Part shown: positions 38,694 to 51,594 of the stretch, one piece after another
Position numbering within the stretch: position 1 is the stretch's first letter
Layout: each line of letters starts with the position of its first letter
From: Glaucostegus cemiculus
Lineage: Eukaryota
Assembly (NCBI GenBank): GCA_976551045.1
Contig: CDPCPM010000013.1
Span: forward strand, 33,294,001-33,358,000
Length of the DNA: 64,000 nt
Direction of reading: 5' to 3'
Notes under the pieces: generated by a model
Told to the model about the DNA's origin: nothing
Seen by the model: only the letters and a program-made list of their open reading frames with translations
Databases searched by the model: none
Position numbers and translations under genes: made by a program

Positions 38694-39574
38694 ATTCTCA
38701 TGACAACAAAGTAGCTCTATTTGCTTTATTCTACTGAAAACCCCAGGTAAAAGACAGCAGCCTTTTCATAAAACTTATTACTAATGGTTATTTAGCTTTC
38801 AGCATCAGCAGTAACAAGTCCCATTAGACCTTCTTTGTTCTATGCTTTCTTGCGCATGTGACATGTGAAACATTGCATGTTATACAGCTAACATTCCTGG
38901 CTGGTTTTCTTTACCACAGCTCAGTGATTGCCAGTGGGATGACCCATAATGCCAAGGTCTATCATGACCTCTAAAACTGCCTTCAGTGCATTTCAAATAT
39001 TTCTGCTAACAAAGCAAATCACCAGCCCAGAAAATGAACTGGGTTGTTATCCCAAGATGCTTCAATATCATTATAAATTAGATCTTGCCAGATGCCAAAG
39101 ATAACTTTAAATTCAAAGTTCACTCTGGTTGGGTTCAGAGGAATGTAATCTTAGTGTGGATAGATTTCAATTGTTTCATATAAATTAAATTGTATAACAA
39201 AAGACCTTTTATAGCACTCAGCTAACACTTGGATGTAAAATCAATATACCTTTATTTATAAGGCATGTCGGGACAAAAGAATTATGATGATTTAACATTG
39301 AAAACGAAATGTTTAGAAATAGAGAAGTAATTTTAAATTACAGAGCTACTAATAAATAACACTCTAGTGATTGCACGGCTATTAAAGAACAAGTAAAGCT
39401 TCATAAAACAGCTAAAACTAATTTCCATTCATTTGGAGTTAATACTTTGCTGTTCGTTATCTTAATTTCTGGCTATTTCAGTCTTTCCTTCAACAATAGC
39501 TCCACCCTAATTATCGTCATTGATAATTCAGAAGGTATGATTTTGAATTACCATCCTGCAAAAGGCTGCAAGGT

Positions 39575-39647
39575 CCTTGTTGCCGCAAAACAACAGGTTT
39601 CACAACAGACGAGCTAGTGATAATAAACCTAATTCTGATTCTGATTG
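39575..39647 (+). mobile_element. Rex1/Babar-type LINE 3' tail fragment
   Basis: gccgcaaaacaac...gtgataataaacct-(attctg)n tail, same type as the reverse copy at 48235. Confidence 0.65.
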
Positions 39648-40954
39648 TCCCCTTGATTTTATTCTTAACCCAACAAAATTTCTGATGACAGATGTTGCAG
39701 AAATATTTAGAAGTAATCAGGGAATAGTTAAATGTTGAGAATGACACTTCTAATTTTTATTCAGATTATTATGGAATAGAACTTTTTAAATTATTAGTAA
39801 TCATGAAATAAACAAAAAATATTATTCCACATCCCAACATATTCTCTTATTGATCGTTATATGAGTGCACAAAGTTAGGAAAACACACCTTGTTCCAGTG
39901 AGAGTACGACAATCAGTAAAAAGGTTTAAGAGCCTCAAAATAACAGCCCTAACTTATGCAAATTACAACATAAAAGCAGAGGATTTGGTGAATCACTAAG
40001 CAACATAAAACATTCCATCAGGATGCTTTAGGAACATATTGTTGATGGTATTCTGGGCAAGACTTGCAAAGTTAACAGTTACAGTAACTCTGTACTGATT
40101 AGTATTTCATATATTTTCTAAGGATGATCCAGGATGCTGCTTTCATAAGCATACTGGAAGTCTAGAGTGTGTTTAATTGCAATTTCTGATACTAACTTTT
40201 CTGGCCATAAACAAATGCAAATGAAGGAACAGGCAAGGAGCCTTTATAATCACCATTTGGTTGGTTATGTGGTTATTCTGTGAAAGGAACAGGCAACAGA
40301 ATTTTAAATATTTCTAAAGAACAAAACTATTGCGTGTGGTATACCATTTTCCAAGATAAATCTGTTTTGATCTGATAACTTCCATAAATACAAATTTCTT
40401 TTGGAAAAAGTACAGTTAGCTTGTTTTATATTTGAATGTAAACTTCTTATTCAGATGATGGCAATATCTGAGACTCACATTACATTCATAAAGTGATAGA
40501 CAGTTTTAACATTTTTTGTTGAATCATTACAGTGCCACAAGATGGTCTCTGCTAATCACAGAAGATGCCTTCAGCTCACAGAAAGATGCTTGGAATCTAC
40601 AGTTTTAACCAGAGTACAATTCACTGAGACAATGCTTTGGTCAGCATTTCTAATCCCAGAAATTGGGGAATTAAATGTTTAACTATTTCATAATGGGTTT
40701 CGGGGTGTGATTTAATACATTTTCTAGGTAGTAATATATCTATTCTTTATTTTTACCTCTATAGAATCTCCCCATGGTGTCATAATAACTTGTTACTTAC
40801 AGTTGAAAAGACAGAATGACAAAATATACTCTTTATCAAAGTATCAGGAACTTATCTACGTGTAATAAAGTTTTAGTCAAAATTAAGCAAACCATCTTTG
40901 TGGAAGCTCGAATGTGGATCATTGACTTTTTAAAGATAAATAGATGAAGGAGCT

Positions 40955-42570
40955 TCATCCATGATGTGCCATAATGGTACATAGGCAGAAGCTAACATTG
41001 AAAGAATAAATGCAGAAACTACCACAGTAAGACATTCCTTTTTGGTACAAAAGCACAAAAAGAAAATCAATCCAATCATGGTTAACAAAAACATTTAAGG
41101 GTCGTATTAGGTCCAAAGAGAAGTCCTGAAAAGTTGCTAGAAAAAGTAGCAAGCTTGAGGATTGGGAGAATTTTTGAATTCAGCAAAAATGGACTAAGAA
41201 ATTGATTGAGAGCACAACGAGTACTAGAGTAAACTTGTGAAGAACGTATAAAGGATTGTAAAAAATTCTCCAAGTATGTAAAAAGTAATTAGTTTACTGA
41301 AGACAAATTTAGGTTCCTTATAGCTAGGAACAAGAGAATTTATGATGAAGGTCACTGAAAAAGCAGGTCAATTAAATAAATCTTTTGGCTCTGGTTCAAT
41401 GGAAAAGTATGCAAATGACTGTCCAGAAGTTCTATGGAACTAATGAAGAAGAAGAATTAAAGGAATTAGTATTTCTTTAAGAAAATGTGCTGGAGAAAAT
41501 TAATGAGACTGAAAGTCAACAAATCCCCTAGGCCTGGTAATTTATATTGCAGAGTTCTAGAAGAGGTAGCTATGGAAATAGTGGATGCATTGGTTTTTAT
41601 CTCCCAAAATGCTGTAAATTATCAAAAATTTCTTGTAGATTGGAGAGTTATAAATGTAACTATTTAAAAAAAAAGTGAAGAGAAAACAGGGAACGACAGG
41701 ACACCGAAAAAATATCAAAGGGATAATGGAGTTATGGTCCATAACATCAGCATGGAGTTATGAAAGGGAAATCACAGCGAACAAACCTACAGGTTTGGTA
41801 GTAAGGGCAAAGGCCTTCTGAAAATCGAAAAATACCACACCTACTGGTTCATCCACATCTATTTTACCAGTTACATGCTCAAAAAACCTATATGTATGTC
41901 AAATATGATTTCCTTTTATAAATCCATGCCAACATCTAATCCTATCAGACCAATTCCTGGGATAGTGGGACTATCATATGAGGCGACATTGACCTGTATT
42001 CATGAGAGTTTAGAAGAATGATGGTTAATATGTTCATCAGCCTATGAAAATTGCCTTGGTGTAGGTAGGTGGCAGGAGAAGGGGGGTGATATAGGTGGGG
42101 GGGAAGAAGAGTTGATGGGGATGAGGGAGGAAAGAAATGGGATTAGTGTAGATGAGTGCTTGGTAGTCAGCATGGATACAGTGGCCTGATGGGCCTGTTT
42201 CTATGCTGTATGACTTTATGATCTCATTCAATATACAAAATTCTGGACACAGGGAATATGTTTCTGCTGGTGTGGAGGGAGTTGAAGGTTGGTCCTTCAA
42301 CCAGGGATCAGAGTCTCAGGATATTGGATAAGACATTCAGGACCAAGATGAGGAGAAATTTCTTCATTCAGAGGTTGGAAGGTCTGTAGAGGCCAAATCA
42401 CTGAATATATCTAAGGAGATAGATAAATTTTTAGATACAAAAGGCATCACAAATCCTTTTGTAGAGAGAGTGGGAATACTGTAACAAGCAAAGGCTGTCA
42501 TGCTTGCATGAATTGTGAAGCATGCTCAGAGCTTAATGTCTTGCTCCTGATCCTACTTTTCAGTGATTCT
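40955..42570 (+). mobile_element. CR1-type LINE with internal inversion and deletion
   Basis: KLMRLKVNKSPRPGNLYCRVLEEVAMEIVDALVFISQN...DWRVINVT motif. 41808-41930 is CR1 RT sequence in reverse orientation; the 3' region resumes near 41950. Confidence 0.85.
42036..42222 (+). mobile_element. HE1-type SINE 3' half nested in the CR1
   Basis: aaattgccttggtgtaggtagg...gggattagtgtagatgagtgcttggtagtcagcatgga...gggcctgtttctatgctgtatgactttatga matches the 3' half of the 13503 SINE. Confidence 0.8.
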
Positions 42571-42636
42571 AAGAGGAAGCAGTTATTTCTGAGTTAAACA
42601 TGTCAAACAGTAACTTGAAGGAATGAGATCACTTAC

Positions 42637-42693
42637 TGATGCAGAATGTGCTTCTAGCTTGCGTTCTTTCTTTCGTCCAATGATGCTCTGCAG
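42637..42693 (-). CDS. MICU2: MICU2 internal coding exon (equivalent to human exon 7), 57 nt, phase 0 to 0
   Basis: Acceptor gatttcag| and donor |gtaagt. Translates LQSIIGRKKERKLEAHSAS (human MICU2 begins LQKIISKQ). Phases join the flanking exons in frame. Confidence 0.85.
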
Positions 42694-42911
42694 CTGAAAT
42701 CAGATCATTTTAAAATGTTTCATATTTTTCTTAATCATAGCACCAATGAAACAGCACATAGAGATAATCCAGCAAAACAGAAGAAATCAGATATTCATGC
42801 AGAGTTCATGCAAATTGTCATCAAAGAAACAAAAAAAAACCTCATTTCCACTTTCGGATCGAACTATAGGATTCAACAAAGCATTTTCTGAACAGTTTTG
42901 CCTTTGAAGGT

Positions 42912-43108
42912 AAAAACAGAAAATACCTGAAACACTTAGCAGGTCAGGCGGCATCTGAGGAAGGAGCTTTGGGTTAGAAATGCTATGTCTGAACCTTGGA
43001 CCTGAAACATTAGCTCTGTTTCTCTTTTTACAGATGCTCCCTGACCCACTGAATGTTTCCAGCACCTTCTGTTTTTATTTTAGCTTTCCAACATCTGCAG
43101 TTTTTTGA
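42912..43108. repeat. Palindromic Penelope-associated short repeat
   Basis: 46-bp imperfect inverted arms at 42912-42957 and 43031-43076. Confidence 0.75.
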
Positions 43109-44151
43109 TTCTCTTTTAATTTTGAAGATGTAAGCTGTTTGATTTAAAACATTACATTGAGCTGTGTGTAAGGTAGCCTAAATAGCAAAAGTAGATACCA
43201 TCATTTTTCAGGGCTTTTCAAGACTTGTACATTAAATTTGCATTCAAACATCAGTGCAAAATCATGAGACTGGCAAACTGTCAGTAATGATCCTTCATTA
43301 ATATTAGCTGAATTCCCAAGGGAGACATTGAACATTTACAAAATAATTTAATTTCAGTGGATGTCTATCACACACCATGAGGTAATTTTGTTCGAATATA
43401 GGCCCAAAGCTGATAATAGAAACTCAATATTGATTGTTCCCGTGACAAGTGAGAGAATGAGTTGCGGTGGAAGAGGAAGAATGCGGAAAGAATTTAAAAT
43501 GACTCCAACCTATTGTATATGCACCTGTTGCCTATTTCACAATGCTAGGTTTTGTGCTATGGGGCATCTCACTGATACTTTGATACTCAAAGTCATGCTT
43601 CTGTTGGAGAACTGGGAGTTTGATTTAAGGTTCACAATGGTGCAAAAGTTCCCTAGAATTCAGCAAAGTGAAACCTGCCATGTCCACAAGATTTATGCTA
43701 TTTTAAGCACTTTATATGGGCCAGGAGGGGGCAGATGTGCATTTCCCAGCAGTTCAAGGAAGCCTACAGCTACTCCTCTGTCAACCATGGATTCCTCCAT
43801 TCTCCTACAATTTAATCTTCCAATCTATGCTCCAATCCCAATGTTCTCTCTTTTCCCCAGCCCACATTTTCATACATCCTGCTGTGGACTTGCCTTCATC
43901 TACTGACCAAGTAGGAAATATTTTCACAAAATATTAATGGGACCTAAGTATACCTCACCTTGCTGTAATTTTTTGGTCTTTTCAGGCACCACAGGCTCTC
44001 AGAAAATATCTTGGTCTGCACTATTTTCCAAAAGAATTCTCATGTTTGACAGGTAGTGCATGAATTCCAATAAATAATTCTAAAGTTAATCCAGATGATT
44101 GGAAGCAATAAACTCTCTCTGGTTTACCACTCACCAAATTCATCTGTGTAA

Positions 44152-44168
44152 GGGGGGGGGGGGGGGGG

Positions 44169-44213
<45 letters not shown>
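44152..44213. repeat. Poly-G followed by (GA)n microsatellite
   Basis: Directly visible; on the gene strand it forms a pure pyrimidine tract of about 60 nt. Confidence 0.97.
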
Positions 44214-44217
<4 letters not shown>

Positions 44218-44554
44218 AAATGCAGCAAGATAAAACCAAGACCTTTCAGTTACTCCTGTTTCATGATCAACACAGAATATAACTTAGAATAAGTTCCTTT
44301 GGGTACGACAGCATGTGGCAGGAGAAAATCAGTTTGCAAATGTATGCAAAATTAAAAGAACAACAATTATTTTATACTTTTCTATAATCAAAACAAAAAG
44401 ATGACACTCTTGTACCCATGTCCATGCCAATTCTATGGAGATTCTCCTATCGATCGTGACTTCATATTGAAACATTCATGTCCAAGAGAAAATTTAATAA
44501 ACTGACTCTTAATAAATACTCTTAATTTGCATTACAATTAGAACCCCAACATTC

Positions 44555-44840
44555 CAATGAAAGGTCCTCAGACTTAAATGTCAACTCTCTTCCTCTCATT
44601 AGTGCATAGTAGCAGGAGGCGGCCATTTACTCCTTGTATCTGCTCCACCATTCAATGATCATTGTTGATCTTTTACCTTACTGCAACTTTGTTGCACTGT
44701 TCACATTCCTTAATTATTTACTCCACATCCCCCAACTATGATATGTTGCAGTTAACTTTACTGTGTCTCACTTAAAACTATCAACCTCCCCACAGATGCT
44801 GCCCAAGTTGCTGAGTACTTTCAGGACTATCTGCTTTTAT
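44555..44840. repeat. Penelope-associated repeat interrupted by a CR1 tail fragment
   Basis: aatgaaaggtcctcagacttaaatgtcaactct...cacagatgctgcccaagttgctgagtactttcagg, with a reverse CR1 tail at about 44610-44720. Confidence 0.55.
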
Positions 44841-45194
44841 AGAGTTGACTCTAGGTTTTAGTGCATTTCAAGTTCTTCCATCAAGCATTCAAATACAAAT
44901 TGTACAACTAATATCATCAATATTTTTCAAAATATATTATGTTTTGATCTTTATTTTAAACATTGCTTAAATACTATTTCATTTTGGAATGATACACTGG
45001 ACATGAGAGCTGTAGTTTATTTTTCTGCAACTCATTCAGAACTTTGAATCTTCCTCACTTTTTCTTTTTACAAAAGGCAGTTCTGACAATTGACATTTGC
45101 TAGTATATCTTCAGCAGTGTCATGAAAAAATGAACTACAAAATATAAAGAAGCACGTTATAAAGAAGTGCTTAAGGAATAAAGGTATGGGGATC

Positions 45195-45815
45195 AACAGA
45201 CTCTGCACTGCCATCACTGAATTGCCCATCCCTGGGGGTGACCATTGACCAGAAACTCACCTGGGCCAGCCATATGAATATTGTGGCTATGAGAATAGGT
45301 CAATGGCTAGATATCCTGTGGCAATTGACTTATCTCACGATAACCAAAACCTTTCCACCATCTACATTGCACAAGTCTGATGCTTGCCTGGATGAGCGCA
45401 GCTCCAATAACACTCAAGAACTTGCTTGAATGATACCCCATACACTATCCTAAACATTCAACCCTTTCACTATTGGTATGCAGTGTGTATCATCTGCCAA
45501 CTCCAAGGCTACTCTGACAGCCCCTCCCAAGCCCACAACATGTCACCAAGAAGGGTGAGGGCAGCAGCTGCAAGGAAATGCCATCAATTGCATGTTCCTC
45601 TCCAAACTGCACATCATGAATTCTTCAATACTGCTGGGTCTAAATCTTAGAATTCCCTACCCAGCAGCATTGTAGGAGCATCTTCACCAGAAGAACTGTA
45701 GTGGTTCAAGTTGTTAGGTCACCACCATCTTCTCAAGGGCAATTAGGAATGGACAATAAATGCTGGCCTCTCTGGCGTTGACCAGTTCTTCAAAAACGAA
45801 TACTTCTTAAAAAAA
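45195..45815 (+). mobile_element. L2/CR1-group LINE 3' fragment
   Basis: ILGVTIDQKLTWASHMNIVA is an RT thumb motif; tail caccatcttctcaagggcaattaggaatggacaataaatgctgg followed by an A-run. Confidence 0.8.
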
Positions 45816-46786
45816 AAGTTGATCAGTGATATTTCTGCTGGAGATACTTATTTAAGTTTACAGTTTGTTTGGAATTACTTGTATAGATTCAAATCCACAC
45901 AAGTTTAACCAAATCAAAAGCAAAATAAAACTTCAGTGTCAAAAGTCAAAAATGTCCTAGTGAGTAGAATATTGATACCATCCCCCTCAATAAGGCTTTA
46001 CCCAAAGTTTCTCCTTTAACAATAATAACAAAAATAGTTATTGATAACGAGCGGCATTTTGTCATTTGTGGTGTCATTAGGGCATTTCATGTTCAGACTA
46101 CAGCTCATTTGCCTTTGCTTTTTCAATTGCTGTTACTATCTGTGTGCAGTAACAATGCTTTTTAATTATAAAAACTTGAGAGAATTGTTGGAACTGCATG
46201 TATCTGATCAGAAACAAGCCTCTTATAACAGCTGCATCTGCATCTCAGATGTCCAACTGTACTGACTTGCTATATTGTTTCCAAAAACTTGTTTACTGTT
46301 TTCAAGCAGAAGAGAAATAATTACTGCTATCCAGTTCCAGATTTATGACGTACCTTTCAATGAAAGTTGCACATATTTCCTCATTTGAGCAGCATTAATA
46401 TAAAAAAGGAAGCATTATTAATTAAACCGTAGTACAACCACTGCAGTGTTATATGATGTAACCTAATTAACAAACTGTTTGGTTGCATAGACATGTAGTA
46501 TAAAGTTAATTTCATTCTTTTCCAAAAAATAGTCATTTTCTATTTATTCTTTTTTATCTCCCCAGTTATACATACCTGTTGCTGGGAATATTGATAAAAC
46601 TATCAGCAATCTTTTAAAAAAAAAATTCAAGAGTAGTTTCAAGATGGGCTCCTGTGAGATTTTTATCTCACCAAGTAATTGCTTTCCCACTTCCAATTTG
46701 TAACATTGCTTCATCTTGATCAACTTTTCTTTTAAAAGACTTAAACACTGTGATGCATGAATGAACAAGATTAAATGTGTCCATTT

Positions 46787-47350
46787 ATCAGAATCAGAAT
46801 CAGTTTTATTGTCACTTCCATATACACATGCAGCATGCATGGGAGCGAAATACCGTACTCCACAGATCAAGGTGCCAGTCACATTAAAAAAACAATGAGA
46901 GACGCAAAGACAGAAAGACATTAACAACATTGGAACCGCAAAAATTAAATAGAGACTCAAATAAACATTCTTAGAATGAGTGTACTGATGCAGCAGTCAT
47001 CGGACATTTAAAATGCTGATGCATTTTTCTACGCCTAGCATCCTTTGGTGTTGGCAGGAGGGATGAGGGAAAAAGCTATTGCACAGTCTGGTAGTCCTTG
47101 CCCAGATGCACTGGAGCCTTCTTCTGGATGGCAAGAATGTAAAGAGGTGGTAGGAGGGGTGAGAAGGGTCAGACATTATGTTTGTGGCCTTTCTGACACA
47201 TCGGTCCATATATACATCTGCAATAGAGAGTAGAGAGACACCTATAATCTTCTCTGCAGTTCTCACTATTCTCTGCAGGGACTTCCGTCCAGCAGCTGAG
47301 CAGCTCCCATACCAGATGGTGATGCAGTGTGGGATACTCTCAATGGTTAT
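46787..47350 (-). mobile_element. Rex1/Babar-type LINE 3' fragment
   Basis: ORF RTAEKIIGVSLLSIADVY..RCVRKATNIMSDPSHPSYHLFTFLPSRRRLQCIWARTTRLCNSFFP; gtgacaataaa-(tctgat)n tail. Confidence 0.88.
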
Positions 47351-47609
47351 ACATAGATCTAGAGCTGGTGAAAGTGTGCTTTCAGAAAATTATTCCTTCT
47401 GATCCAAGTTTCTAATTTAGCTGGGCTGCTAAAAATGGCTCTCAGGTTGCATATATATGTGCACCAACCCATTTTACTGAATATAATTGCGCAATTAGAT
47501 CAATTAATGAGAGCTTTTCTGATTTTGAGTTTTAACTTGGTGTAGGTTCAGCTAAAACAAGTAAAATCAACTGAGTATTTTGGACTTTCATGTCAGAATC
47601 AATCAATAC

Positions 47610-48030
47610 CATGGCACAGGAGATTGTTGCTTAGACCACGGTTCCCATCTCTCTTTGGTAGTGCTAGCTAATTAATCCCAGCTCTTTCCCCACAGACCTG
47701 TATTTTAACCCCTCCTTCAGCTGTTTAAATAGCTCTTTTGAATGTTATATTAATTCAGTTTCCAGAGCCCTTACCAACACTCCCTATCATAATAACCAGC
47801 TGTGTAAAATAGGATTTCTCCTCCTGTTACCTTCTGGTTCTTTTTAAATCAACTTAAATCTATTCTCTGGTTACTGACCCAACTGACAGTCAAAACTATA
47901 CATGATTTTGAACATCTCTAAAATATCTTCTCCTAACCTTCTCTACTCTAAGGAGCTTTTTCGATGTACACATAACTGAGATCACTCATTACTGGTACAA
48001 TTCAAACACATTGTTTCTGCACCCTCACTA
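47610..48030 (-). mobile_element. Old CR1 3' fragment
   Basis: Degenerate reverse CR1 3' region (catgattttgaacatctcta...ctcctaaccttctctactctaagga). Confidence 0.6.
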
Positions 48031-48234
48031 AGGATCAATTTGGTATCCATATTGCAACTGTTCCTTTATTCCCTTAGCATATATTTTTCTCTAACAACTT
48101 TAGCCCTTGGTCAAATGCTATTTGAAAGTTCATATACTTAACACCAACCATACATTATGCTCAAATGTAATTTGAATTTTAACAAATCTATTCTGACTTT
48201 TGATTAACTCATAACTTCCAGAAGCATGTACGAA

Positions 48235-48545
48235 ATCAGAATCACCATCAGAATTAGGTACATTATCTGACGCGTGTTGTGAAATATGTTGTTTTGCAGC
48301 AGCAGGACAGTGCAAAGACATAAAATTACTATAAATTACGAAATAAATAAATAGTGGGGAAAAAAAGAATAATAATGTCCATGGATTGTTCAGAAATCTG
48401 ATGGTGATGGGGAAGAAGCTGTTCTGAAATCACTGAGTGTGGGTCTTCAGGCTCCTGTATCTCCCCCCCCTATGGTAGTAATGAGAAGAGGGCATGTCCC
48501 AGATGGTGAGGGTCCTTAGTGATGGATGCCACCTTCTTGAGGAAG
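48235..48545 (-). mobile_element. Rex1/Babar-type LINE 3' fragment
   Basis: (atcaga)n tail; the reverse strand encodes KKVASITKDPHHLGHALFSLLP...YRSLKTHTQ*FQNSFFP. Confidence 0.85.
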
Positions 48546-50429
48546 GGAACGGATTTTCCATTGAATCCTAATGGAGGAGAGAATTAGAGAGACTAATGGA
48601 GGTAGCTAGGACCAAAAAATCTGAAAGCAAGTCACTTTGTGCAGTGGAACAACTAAGAATTGGAGGATAAGACAGAATTCTGGTGTGTTTTGGAACTGTG
48701 GCTTTGAATACATTTTATGGTTTAAATACTGGAGAAAGATTTTGCATAATCTGCATTATTTATTGTACCTGGTAGTGTTTGACAAGTGCTCAACTTGTGT
48801 AAGATTACTAACTTTTACAAGGGGAAAAGCACGCTGCATGCCATGAATTATTGTTTGTCTGAAATAGGACCTACATCTTGCATGTTTTTATTGAATTTGA
48901 CTTGAATTTATCATTGATCATTTTGTGCAAATGTCAAATTTAATCAGTTACATCAAAATTAGCAAGTCTAATCATTACACAGTAACCTTACTGCATTTAC
49001 TCTATCGCAAGAGAAAATGCAAACTCTTTCCCCAGTATTTAGACTATAAAACCTGTTCAAAGTCATAGTTCCAAAACATGAAAGAATTTTTATTTATCCT
49101 TCATTTCTGGTCTCCTATCAATCGCTGATTTTAATTGTTCCACCATACAAAGGGAATTGTTTTCAGTTTTCTTAGCCCCAGGCTTTGGAATTTCCTCCAT
49201 TAATTGCTCCAATTCTTTCTCCTCCTTTAGGAATTTTTGTAAAATCTGTTCCTATCCTAAGATTTCCTTACATTCCTCCTTGTCAAATCTTGTGTGGGAA
49301 TGCTGCTGTGAAGCACTTTGGGACACTTTACTAAGTAAAATGTGCTATTTCAATGCAAGCTGTTGTCTCATATTAAAACTATTGAAGGAGATTACTGACT
49401 CATTTAGGAAAATATTTTATTGGGTGTCAGCAAGTACAAGTTGTTATTATTATCTGGCACAATGGAGCCAATCCTGATCATATCTATGGACGGTAACTGC
49501 GCACTTTCTAGCAGCAGTTACTGTGATCACCTGTCTCAATAATCCAACTGGCTGCTATTCGAATAAATAGGTACTTTCTTCATAGAAATTAAAATCAGAA
49601 ACACACCATTCATACAGTCTATATACCACCTTTATGCTTCATATTTTCCTCAACTTACTTCATGTAGTCTTAGTGGCATAAACTACTTTGCTTTCTTCTT
49701 TGTGCAATTTCTCCTTAAATGTTATTCACCCTTTAAGGAAAATAAATATATGTATACTTTGATTCACGTAATTTGAAAAACACTGCAAATCTTTGAAAGT
49801 TTTATCTGTTATACCAGTATGTTAGGTAGCTTTATCGGTCTGTATTTGTATGTCAAGTATTTTTAGATGGTATAAGGCACATTAGATAAGGAAGTAAACC
49901 ACCTCTTCAATATCTCAAAAAAAAGGAAGGACTTTAATATTGCCACAAATGGCAAACTTTACATCAGTGCAAACGTTTCCAACTCTCCCATCATCCTTAG
50001 ATGTCTGTAACTCAGATTGCCAATTTGAGTCCAGGAGCACAAAGACTTATGTGGGTCCCCAATCAACAGCATTTGAGTCGAGACTGTCAAAACACATTTC
50101 ATTCCATAGGACACTGACAGTAGTGATCCTAGTGGTGAAAAATCAATATTCACCATGTTACTTTTTAAATGATGAAAAAAAATTCACAATGCAAGTTACA
50201 AACAATTGGAGTTGTAAAATTCTCAAGGTTCTAATACGTCCTAATTGGAAGTAAAAAAATATTATTAACAACAGCGGAATGTCAGGATAATCTTAACAAT
50301 GAATATATAGGGGAGAGAGAGTGAATTAACCTTATCACTCTGGTGAACACTCAGCTGGCATCTGAAGCCAGCCTTTGTCACTCAAGCACTTAGATAGGCA
50401 TGTTTGAAACTGTGAGGATATAACTATTC

Positions 50430-50790
50430 AAAAAAGCTGTACGGGCTAGGTCCCTTTGCAGTATTATACAGAAGATCAGGGGTGACCTGTTAGAGGTCTT
50501 TAAAATTAAGGAAGAGTTTGATAAGGTATCTGCAGAGAAAAATGTTTCCACATGTGAGGGAGGCCACAATTGCAGGCCATAAAAGTAAGACAGTCACAAT
50601 AAATCCAGTGGAGAATTCGGGAGAAAGGTTAGAATGTGGAACTCCCAGAGAGTGTTTAGAATGTGGAATTCAGTAACATGGGCAACAATTGAGGTGAATA
50701 ATGCAAATCTATTTTAGAGGAAACTGTGAGTTCAAGAGGGTTAAATGAAGAGGAATGGGAAAAGCTTGTGCAGAGCATAAAGATCAGCTC
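50430..50790 (+). mobile_element. CR1 3' fragment
   Basis: aggggtgacctgttagaggtctttaaaatt...tttgataaggta...gttagaatgtggaactc. Confidence 0.7.
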
Positions 50791-51594
50791 CATCCAATTT
50801 AATTCCACCCTCTCCCTCCACAGTAGATAAAACTAACCAGGAGTATTGGTGTGAGAACTGACTGGAAAACTTGTCACAAAGATCAGGATACCTAATTCAG
50901 GATGTTCCTGATTTTCTGGTGATCAATGTTAATCCAGCTTCAGAAATTATAGTGTTTCAAAAAATCATCTTTTTCTTTTGTGCACTGATCCAGCTTTAAG
51001 TATCATATAGAAATTCTGACTGCAAAAGAGACCTTTACACATTCTATTTTAAGCTACCTTTCAGCTACCTTTCAGTTGATTCTATTCTCAAGTTTACACC
51101 TCTCAACACTTACCCTAGCCCAACACTATTCCTTAAAAAGTACCTATTGCTTTCAACTCTCCAGTCAAGTTTGGATAACTCCCAGATTTAACTCTCAATC
51201 CTTACTGCTTAAGCAGTGGTTGTAGCCTTTTATACAGAATTTTGTCAAAAGTGTTTTGCAAGTCTGGCTACATCACACTTTAAGGATTCCTCAGTCCATC
51301 TGGAATGTAACTTGTTTAAAATGATTAAGGAGATTTGTCTGGTGAGAACCTGAATCTTCGTTGACAGCCATATACAAGGTTTTTAATTATGTATGCAATC
51401 CTCACTTACTTTTATGAGAGTTAATTGCTTTTTATAAATATTACACAATGGTTATTTCAATCAAAATGTTTAAATCTAGAACGATGAAGTAAACTTTATT
51501 TAATATTTGTCAGAGGATAATAATATTAGAAAATGATTGTATTTGTAGTGCACAGATTTCTAACAGCTGTTAATTTTTGACATAGTAATTAATA

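Noticed and set aside
43361-43906. Longest supplied ORF (181 aa, + strand)
   Set aside because: No recognisable domain, antisense within an intron, no supporting splice or promoter structure; compatible with chance.
46544-46960. 138-aa ORF with a signal-peptide-like start
   Set aside because: It reads through the 3' UTR and (tctgat)n tail of a Rex1-type LINE; the DSDSD run is the tail repeat.
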